A stretch of DNA of 20,000 nt, from positions 76,411 through 96,410 of the forward strand of contig NW_014040481.1 in assembly GCF_001186125.1 (NCBI RefSeq), in the 5' to 3' direction. Under the pieces are notes generated by a model. The model was not told the DNA's origin. It searched no databases and worked only from the letters and a program-made list of their open reading frames with translations. Numbering within the stretch: the first letter of the stretch is position 1; each line of letters starts with the position of its first letter. Made by a program: the position numbers and the translations under genes. This stretch comes from Sphaeroforma arctica JP610 (taxonomy: Eukaryota). Shown piece after piece: positions 11,370-20,000 of the stretch.

Positions 11370-11489
11370 ATGAGAATGCTTGGGTTTGGCAGTTGGGGTA
11401 ACATTGTTGTAAAATGTCGTTGCCGTACTCTTACCACTATGTCCTAGTCTGTCATGCCACTGCTCAGCTGTATTAGTGCTGAGTTGTGC

Positions 11490-11746
11490 TAATGTATGCT
11501 GGCCGTGTGTATGAGGTATAATGTGGAGTATAGTGTTATCTTTATGTGACGTAAGAGTTGCACTGAGAGTATATTTTGTGCTGCTGTGGGCATGATAAGA
11601 ACAGTTCCAAGTCCTGGGAGTGTGCCCCGTTGAGTCAGGATGATTTGACTTTTATCGGTGAATTCTACGATAAAGCGACCTGTTTCTATATCAATAACGC
11701 CTTCAGTAGTTGTTCTTATGTGTACCATAGCTCCAGAGTCTATCAG
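11490..11746 (-). pseudogene. pol: Copia aspartic protease
   Basis: SLIDSGAMVHI (DSGA at 11740-11729) and VLIMPTAAQNILSVQLL match the Copia protease consensus. It is in frame with gag across a single TGA at 11920-11918. Confidence 0.88.
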
Positions 11747-11917
11747 ACTGGAGGCTGTGAGATACTTATCTTTTGTGGGCCCGGTAGGGGTATGATTAAG
11801 AATATGTAATCTGTAGTAGCATTCAGGGCCTCCATGTGTAAGTGTAGGGTATGGCGTATCTATAGTAGTATTAGTATCATGACTATCGTGAACACCAGTA
11901 GAGCGGGCCCCGTACCT

Positions 11918-13582
11918 TCAGTTTTGCAAGCATGCCGCGGTGTTGTGTCCTGTCTTGCCACACTTGGGGTTGGTGCATTTGAGAGTGTTGCGGTCAATTG
12001 AACACTTGTTGCCTTTGTGGTCAGACGCACCACATTTGCGGCAGATAGAGATGGGGCAGCTATGAATGCTGTACCCGACTTCCTTGCAGATGAGAGATAT
12101 GTTCTCGCGGAGCTTCGTGGTCTCCTTCGAATTAGTCTGTGCGGTTTTCTTGCTAGTGAATGCGTTGATACCAGATGAATTGGTGGTAGTTTGGAGCTGG
12201 TGATCCCCTTCATACTTGAGCGTGAGCCGGTAGACCTCATTGATGTCGAGTTTATCAGTGTCCATAGCAAAGATTGGAGAACGAAGTAATTGATATTCAT
12301 CACTTAGGCTGTATAGCAATGCGCAGATCAAGTACTTGTCAGGGATACGCTCACCAACGTCGGGGAGACCTCGGCGAATTTCTTCCAACTGTTGCGCACT
12401 CTTTTCGGTAGATCCAGTTGCCGTAAATGATGTGAGGCGCTTCATTGCGTTCCAGAAACGCCCGTGACTGCCGGTGTTGTTAGTAATAAATATGTAAGTA
12501 AAGATATCAAAAGGTCGTTTGGCATAGTGATTCTTGTCTACCGCGTTGATAAGTTCCTCTTTGATCGAATCGATCATGATGCGTCGGCAGCGTGCATCAG
12601 CAAGTGCGTCGACGCCACAGGTTTCTTCGCAGTTGGGGTGTAGTCTATGAAGCACTCCGAAGTGGGCAAGCTCCGTTTTGATACCAACAAGCCAATTACC
12701 GAAGTTTACCCAGTTTTCAAGCTTGGTGCGGTTGTAGTTGTTCTTGTATTTAGGACACTCAGAGAGTGGAACATCCGGGTCAGTAGCAGAGATACCACAT
12801 TTCTCGGTATATGTAGATGGTTCATCGTCTGTGGTAGTTGATGCTTTGAGCACGTCTATAGTGTCTAGCGCTTCTTGTAGTTCAATGCGAGTAGGGTCTA
12901 ATTCATGCTGGAGAGCGGAGAGGTTACCTGTAGACTTCTCGCTTTGCTCGTAGAGTCGTGACTGTGTTGTTGTGAGACGTTATGATATTTGTTTGTGTTC
13001 GATCTGTAGTGTTTCGTGTTTTTCTAGGAGAACTTTGTGTCCGTTCCTCAGCTGTACGTTGTGACGTTTATAGTTTTCTAGGTCAGCTTGCACGTCTTTC
13101 TTCTGTTTCTTGGCGTGGTATTGTTCACTACGAGCCATTGTGAAATGTGCAAACACAACCGCTGTAGAGCCATAAATCTTTGCTCGTAGAGACGTGACTG
13201 TGCTGTTGTGAGAAGTTTTGAGATTTGTTTGAGTTCGATCTGTAGTGTTTCGTGTTTTGTCTAGGAGAACTTTGTGTCCGTTCCTCAGCTGTACGTTGTG
13301 ACGTTTATAGTTTTCTAGGTTAGCTTGCAAGTCTTTCTTCTGTTTCTTGGCGTGGTATAGTTCACTACGTGCCATTGTGAAATGTGCAAGTACAACCGCT
13401 GTAGAGCCATAAATCGGATCGACATAAATCTGTAGTTCACGGATGACGTTGTTAATGGCTTCTAAATGGCTGTTTGAGGACTCGAGTGTCGTATATTCGA
13501 GTATGCGAGGCAAAAAATTCCGAGCGAAGGTATTATCTGCCTCCAGAGAAGTGAAAGCCTTTGGCCAAGTTATTGTCTCCAT
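11918..13582 (-). pseudogene. gag: Copia gag with an N-terminal coiled-coil extension and three zinc knuckles
   Basis: The ATG at 13582 lies downstream of the PBS. Track ORFs 12980-13582 and 11918-12853 are one frame broken only by TAA 12982-12980. Motifs include KLENWVNFGNW, LLYSLSDEY, CRKCGASDHKGNKC and CTNPKCGKTGHNTAAC. Confidence 0.88.
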
Positions 13583-13751
13583 TGTGTTACGTGTGTGATC
13601 TGTTATTTACGTGTCAGTTTAGCTGACTGTAGTGATCCGTAAGCCGCGTAGGGGAGAGTAGTAGCCTAGGGTTAGAGTTGTTTGGGATGTGGGGTAGGGT
13701 GTAGATGAGTGCTTATTGCAGTTTTGACTTACTATCGTGGAAGTAAAAACA

Positions 13752-13762
13752 GGCCCATAACC
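13752..13762 (-). promoter_or_regulatory. Primer-binding site GGTTATGGGCC (complementary to the internal/anticodon region of tRNA-iMet, as in Drosophila copia)
   Basis: The minus strand reads ...GTCTAACA|GGTTATGGGCCTG, directly abutting the LTR's terminal CA. Confidence 0.85.
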
Positions 13763-13958
13763 TGTTAGACGAATATAACTTGATGAGAAGTAACTTTATT
13801 TAACTTTCTTACTGAGAGTTTTATAGGGCTCTACCGCTTAGGGCGGGAGCCCCTTTTGCTTTTGACATGGAGTCATTATATTGATAATACCGTTCAGTTC
13901 ATGTACCGAACTATATATATTCTTCAGATAAATATCGACTGGTTTGATATGGCTAACA
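13763..13958 (-). repeat. 5' LTR, 196 bp
   Basis: It is bounded by the inverted termini TGTTAG...CTAACA. On the minus strand it contains a TATA-like ATATATATAG (13920-13911) and then AATAAA (13800-13795), and the PBS follows. No second copy is present in the window, so the outer boundary is inferred. Confidence 0.75.
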
Positions 13959-14682
13959 TCTCTGTTTACTGAACTGTAACTGTATCAGAGAAGACTAATT
14001 ACAGTGCTGATTTGTCCAAACACTCCCCTAAAAACAGTAGTACATCATGTATATTTGAGGATATAATCTACAGTGAGCTTATTGTGTAGCAGTATGTTCC
14101 TCCCCTAATTTTTTTTTCGGATTGATTCGGGTGGGTGATTGGCGGCAGCAGTGAGCATAGAGCTTGTGTTGCGGGAATATCGGTCGAGGTATGTTTTTGG
14201 TTTGGCTTCCAGACAACATATAGAACCATCTCATATACTAAGTCGAGTGTGTATTCATTTACACCTCTATTGAGGGTTTTATATGTATGTACATCCACGA
14301 GTTATATGTATTCATAGGTAGTTGTAAATACATGTCACTTATTGTAATGAACTTATTAGACACCTCATGACACCTGTCATTTGATGTTAACCCGCTGTGT
14401 ACCAAAATAGTTGTATCTGAGAACACTAATTACAGTGCTGATTTTGTCCAAACACATTCTGATTCTCCCACTTGAAAACAAAACAAAAATATTTTGGCAG
14501 TGTACGGTGTGCGGTATGCAGTGTATGTACAGTCAGCAGTGTGCACTCAGCCACTCACTGTACTGTGCACTCACTGAGCCACTGCACTGTGAAAATATTT
14601 TATAGAGTGTGCGGGAGTGTGCACCATGCACTTCAGTCATTTCTGATTAGTCTTTAACACTGAAATTTCCAACACTGTCATC

Positions 14683-14824
14683 TGTATTCCAGATACAACA
14701 ACAGTTTAGTACCAAGTAGAGTACACAAGAGAGAACTGACACCTATCAAATTTGTATTCCAGATACAACAACAGTTCAGTACCAAGTAGCGTACACAAGA
14801 GAGAACTGACACCTATCAAATTGT
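14683..14824. repeat. 70-bp tandem duplication, two copies with two mismatches
   Basis: TGTATTCCAGATACAACAACAGTT...CCTATCAAATT starts at 14683 and at 14753. Confidence 0.9.
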
Positions 14825-15872
14825 CACAAGAATTTTGAAGACATACTTAACACTAATACAAGTGAGCAGTAATTGTATATGTACAAGCGAAGGATACATA
14901 TAACCCTTGCTAAAAAGATAAATAAAGTTATTAGATACATGATTCTAGATATGCTACACTAATCCCTTCGATTTTTGATAGCATGACGTACTCCACTCCA
15001 ATCATCCAGGAATTAGTATCATCTTCTTCCAAACTTGGTAGTACCTTTGTACACAGCTTATTGCTCCTTAGTAGCCTCACTTAGATTCATTTTGTCGTTG
15101 TCATTACACGCGGCTACATGCGCCCATTAGCAGCAGTGAGCCTCACAGCTGCCGCTCAAATGTGGGCAAACCCCCAAAAACGAGCCCTCCAGAATCGCCA
15201 GGATGGGCCGCCCAATGCCGGACAAAACTCTCCTCGAAATGGATGACATAACTCCTGTATGACTCTTCTTCCGGGCAATTTTTCCCAACGGCAAGCCCTC
15301 ATCCCGATCAGTTTCTGATAAACACTGTCACGCCCAACCGCTCCTCATTCGCCACCACTTTCTCTGGTATCTCCCGTCCAAACCGGTTTTCAGAACCAAA
15401 TCACCGCGGGAGCTCCACCAGTTTCGTCCGCCTTTTTGTTCCTAATAACGCTGTCCCCCAAGTGAAACGACATGCAGCACTTACGTGGAAATGGCCATTA
15501 GATGAAATCATAGACCCCCCGCCTCCCAAAACACCCCAACGCTACGAAAGCAACATTAATCCACTATCTTCGCACTAAGCGGGAGGTTCGCTGCACACAT
15601 GAACGAGCGCCAAAAATTCTTGCCCAAAGCATGGATGCTCTACTGGATCTCCTTATCAACTCCACTAACGTAGAAATCCTTCAATTTACCACGGACCGTC
15701 TCCAGAAAGCATACCAAGAAAAACGCTGCAAACTTCTTCTCACATAACCCGCGAATCTCGACAGGCACTAAAGAACCAGCATGTGCTCAGCACGGACGAC
15801 CCCGCGTACCAACGGTCTTCCCGACACAGCTTCAACCTTCCATCTCAGACTGAGGGAACTGAGCGTCTGAGC

Positions 15873-16089
15873 CAGGGGCGCCCAGGCTTCATAACGTTAG
15901 TACGTTACCCATACACAGTGTAGACGTACTACGTTTTGTCATTTACGCCTTGAATATAAAAGTAAATATGTATTAAACAATACGTCTATGAGCAACACAG
16001 TGTGCATATAGACGTAAGCTCATAGTGTAAACGTACTACGTTTTCACGTTTACGAAAAGATTTTAAAACGTTTTACGTTATGAGACCTG
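15873..16089. mobile_element. Non-autonomous hAT-like MITE, 217 bp
   Basis: There is a perfect 8-bp TSD GTCTGAGC at 15865-15872 and 16090-16097, and the ends are CAGG...CCTG. The TIR is CAGGCTTCATAACGT (15883) versus reverse-complement CAGGTCTCATAACGT at the right end. AGTGTA[G/A]ACGTACTACGTTTT is repeated internally. Confidence 0.8.
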
Positions 16090-16681
16090 GTCTGAGCCTT
16101 CTGGCCAACTGAGAGATCTGAGGATTTTGATGATAGGAACGGTTCTATATCGGGAAAAATCCCAAATTACGCGGGAATTTAAACAAAAATAATTGCGTCG
16201 AGTATGCAATTGCAAAATGCAACAACACAAGAGGATACATAGGTGTATTTAAAAATAAATAGATATATTTACATGATGCGAAATATTTACAAAAACTTGC
16301 CCAGTAACCCACATGATATTTGTATGCTTGCATTTGCGAAACAATTTTAAATGCAGGTATTACATATAGTATCGTAGTAATGCAATACAGTACGTAGCCG
16401 TAGGATATATGGATAAGTTGTACATACTGTCATTTAATCTTTCTAAATAAAACCTCACGTGCGTATACTTAGTACTATTGCCAAGCCTATTCCTTCAGTC
16501 TGTATCACCCATACCATTGACCAAATATTCGTCACTTAGTTGAAACTCGTAACAAACTCTCGAAGGAAAAATGGAGTCCCTAGAAAAAGTGACAGCCCTG
16601 GGAGGCGAGATGGGTATGTTGGCGACAAAAAAATACTTAACATTCATACATAAACCATGCATGCAATGAAACACAGGCACA

Positions 16682-16777
16682 TATATATATGCAGTTTGTT
16701 TATAGACGCACACTCTCGCGCTCACGTAAAAGTCCTCACAATATATATATATATATTATAATATAATATAATATACC

Positions 16778-16808
<31 letters not shown>

Positions 16809-16845
16809 ATAAAATAATANNNNNNNNNNNNNNNNNNNNTTAATA
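16682..16845. repeat. (TA)n / AT-rich low-complexity tract with a 20-N gap at 16820-16839
   Basis: Directly visible. Confidence 0.85.
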
Positions 16846-19745
16846 GAACTATATTTACTTTCCAAATCTATTTATATCTGAATACTTCGGTAGCGAGATG
16901 GCTCAACCGAACATAGGTTTCTAAGGACTATTAGCGTTGCTTAGTTTATCCTCCGTTCAGCCAACCAGATGTGCCATTTTGATGAAGGCTAAGTCGGTAA
17001 TTCTTGATAAGTGGCAAGTTATTGGTTAATGCAATAACTATGGACATCAGGAGTATTTTTTTTCTTTTTTTCTAAAGATAGGATTTTATGAGTCTCTCGG
17101 ATTCGCCCCAACGAAACATACCATAGTTTCTATTAGAGTGACAACGAAACACTAAATAAAATCCCTTCGGCGAAAACAGTACTGAGAGGATTATATATAG
17201 GCAATGTCTCAGCCTCACAATCCCTCAGAGTATTGCTGTTTTAACGAGGCATACCTGACTTTACTAATAAGACTCATTTCGTTAATCTATTTCGCATTTA
17301 ACCATACTTAGACTTGATATAAGCGTTTAATTACTCTAAGACGTTAATATCGCCTTGATAGACCGAAACTTACAAATGAAGGAGTAATATACTCCTGAAA
17401 AACTTTTATTGTTTCCACAAGTAGGTTTAAATCCCAGTATTGAAATGTAAGTTCTCTATGTCAATTAACACCAGTAGCAGAATTCCATTGAATAGAAAAT
17501 CAGCAGTACCAGGGACTGCAACGAAGGTTGTGCAATGCATAGGATGTCGGCCACCGTAGACTCCATAACGTTAAGGCTGCAGCACGATTGGACTAATCCA
17601 CGAAACCTATGCCATTGAATGGCTGGTAAAATGTTGTAGACACAGCGTGTGTGAACTGAGTCTGAATGAGTTCGAGCGACCTTTCTCGACACTTCATTTC
17701 TTACACACAGACATGCATACAATCGCTTTGGCATGGAATACTCGTTGAAATTGGGAGGAGACCTTTGAGTGTGGGCCACGTTTTCGTTACACCGTTGTAA
17801 CAGTGATGGTGTGTGTTGCGTCCAAAACTCCATAGACCGCTATTGGTGTCAATTCAATAGGTATAATCGTAGCGAGTACGGATACACCAATAAAATGTAC
17901 TCACTGCTTTCCATGTTGGCGACACCCATGGAGATTTGTACAGCAGATGAATCCATTCGGTCTGCGTCCCAACTTTACTGTTATATTTCTCTTCCGTCAC
18001 TCGATGAAGATGATGTCGCCACACTATATCTGAGAATGTTGTGTGGGCAGTCTGCTCGTTGGACCATATTGAACAGAGCACTTCGAATCTCGGATACTTT
18101 ATTAACTGTATGATCGTTCTCGAAGTGACAGATCAGTAAAATCGGCACGATTCGAGCGTCTGTGGCATCTGGGCGATTCTCAGGGTCCAGGAATCCGTTG
18201 CATATTTTTGTTGCAATTTGACACAACTTTAGCAAATTAGAGCTTTGTAACTAATCTTGGTATCGGGTTTCCCTTCACCATCAAGTATTGCCTGAGTGGT
18301 TGTGTCGGACGATAGCTGTCTTCGAGTGGTTTGACGAGTGTCTCGAGCTCGTGATACCAATCGGGGGAGCAGAAAGCTTGATTCTCGTCTTTCAAAGGGC
18401 ACGATGATTTATTTTCGAGGAGGGAGTCGTAGGACACAACGAGATTGAAAAAAAAGAGAATTCGTTTTAGCGCGACTTGCACGGCGACCGGATAGTGCAC
18501 TGTTTCTAGCAGAAGATACAAATAATCCACCATGTTTGCTAGTAGATTCGGCCGCCATATGGCGCGTTTTCAGTACGGTACTACAAATACGCTATGAAGT
18601 TGAGCATCGATCTTAGATCATACATATCCCAGTAATGAGTCTGGGGCCGCTTCCCTTCCGCAGGAGGTCGTCGCAGGTTCACATTAACGCCTGGGAGATA
18701 TCCTAAAGCTACCGGCCGATAGACCTGCTGATTGTGACAAAACTAGGTGAATCTTCGCAGCTGAATATTCACTAATTCGGATTGATGCCGTCGTTATTAA
18801 AGTGTGCGTATTGGGGTGCTAGGGTATGTGAGAATCAACAGGACTGTTTGTTATGCGATCAATTGCTGAAGATAGAATAATTCCAGAGCAAATACGAGCG
18901 CTTTCAGCACTAGGACTGATACCAGCCACTGAGACTCGCGTTGTTGAAGTGTAAGAGTCGCTCTGTACCCTAACTTGCTGGCCTCCAAAGTGAACTCGGT
19001 GTTGGGTTGTGGTAAATCACAAAATTTACCCAAGACAAGATTTAAACTTGCCTCTCGCGACCCCTCCGGTTTCATAATAGATTAGATGAATGAGTGAACC
19101 AACCAACCTAGGAGTTCGACCTCTCCGGGTTTGAAGCAAACTAGGCGAATTATGGAACCAACCAGCTGAGTACTCGGTTGGTAGGTTCAATAATACACCT
19201 AATTTACCACAATTCTAAATATCTTAGCTCTGCGATTCACTCGTTCAATATGTATTCGATGCAGTTCTGGCTGACATTTTATTTCCCCCACTAGTAAATT
19301 ACCTATTTTTCTTCAGCATAGGTGGTACATTATAGAACAATGTCGCTAAATATACCTTAAAAATGTGGAAAAGTCACTAAATGTACATTCACCCTTTTTC
19401 TCGATGAAAAGGTACTGAAATATGGATCAAATATGTACAAATGTACATTCAGCGACAATTCTATATAAAAATTATGTACATTTAGTGACTTTATTGTGCA
19501 GAAATTGCTAAAATTTAAATTAAAGAGTCTCCGGCTATATCAATTTTTTTACGAATAAATGTGTTGAGGGGGGGGGGGGATGTTGTCTTTTATTATTTGT
19601 TGTTTGTATATGCTACTTCATTCAAGCTTATCTCACTGCCTAGTGCGCAACACTCGTGGTCGATGATGCTTGTTTACAGGACCATATGAGATTTGTATTT
19701 CCATCTTACTACATAATACAGCTCTAGCAGGATTTGACATTCTAT

Positions 19746-19912
19746 TTAGTAGAATATCTGTAGCATTACTATATACAATGTAACAATCACCAGGTTCCAA
19801 TGTCCGTTCTTTTGATTCCACGGGATCAAAATTTCGGACACATGTGCTGCTCCCATTGTAGAAATACGCAGCCTGCACATCATGTACCTCGTTTGATTTG
19901 TGCACAACTTAT
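19746..19912 (-). other. Possible exon or pseudo-exon with a Ulp1/SENP (peptidase C48)-like His motif
   Basis: A TACTAAC branch point and tcacag acceptor (AG at 19914-19913) are followed by KLCTNQTRYMMCRLRISTMGAAHVSEILIPWNQKNGHWNLVIVTL, which resembles the C48 pattern ILIP-x(5-6)-HW-x-L-x-I/V. This frame is not in the ORF track. Confidence 0.4.
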
Positions 19913-20000
19913 CTGTGAATTTGAGATAACGTATAGAGCACGAAAAGTTAGTACATATATATATATATATAATACATATATGTATATATATATATATATA

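Larger units (their letters stand above)
7871..13958 (-). mobile_element. Ty1/Copia LTR retrotransposon, decayed, 3' LTR absent, carrying a Dam-like methyltransferase domain
   Basis: The minus strand reads LTR, PBS, gag (zinc knuckles), protease (LIDSGA), WHDRLGH...CTPC, integrase (KCDRGGEF; KLDDRA...SRDVKF), RT (HQIDVDTA, LKKFLYGFKQ, LLYVDD) and RNase H (SSTESEY, KYID, SDILTK). The PR-IN-RT-RH order is diagnostic of Copia. There are multiple stops and frameshifts. Confidence 0.95.

Noticed and set aside
8429..12953. Plus-strand ORFs inside the retrotransposon as antisense genes
   Set aside because: They are short mirror frames of gag/pol with no recognisable domains.
7871..13958. Classification as a DIRS or Gypsy element, or bacterial/phage contamination, because of the Dam-like domain
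   Set aside because: The DDE integrase precedes RT, the RT, RNase H and PBS motifs are Copia-type, no tyrosine recombinase is present, and the MT domain is in frame with Copia motifs on both sides.
16885..16990. tRNA or tRNA-derived SINE
   Set aside because: No cloverleaf or B-box (GTTCGA) could be built.
19633..19905. 90-aa ORF from the track as the real product
   Set aside because: It starts at GTG, has an in-frame TAA just after the acceptor and shows no motif; a different frame carries the C48-like motif.

Overview
This is eukaryotic genomic DNA (GT-AG introns, (TA)n/(TG)n microsatellites, three 20-N assembly gaps), so the ORF track's GTG/TTG starts are not real starts. From left to right the window holds: (1) the last three exons of a DHRS12-like short-chain dehydrogenase on the + strand; (2) a 2.3-kb 32-bp minisatellite with higher-order structure; (3) a convergent spliced gene on the - strand encoding a disordered protein with two RFx[V/I] motifs and a C-terminal coiled coil; (4) a ~6.1-kb decayed Ty1/Copia LTR retrotransposon on the - strand (5' LTR, Copia-type PBS, gag-PR-IN-RT-RNaseH, 3' LTR missing); (5) ~6 kb of repeat and TE debris, including a hAT-type MITE and a possible Ulp1/C48 protease fragment. 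The main finding is a ~145-aa domain resembling the phage-Dam/DIRS-type DNA N6-adenine methyltransferase in the Copia polyprotein. It is inserted in frame between the HH and CC halves of the integrase zinc-binding motif. All domain calls come from manual translation and motif recognition; no searches were run.
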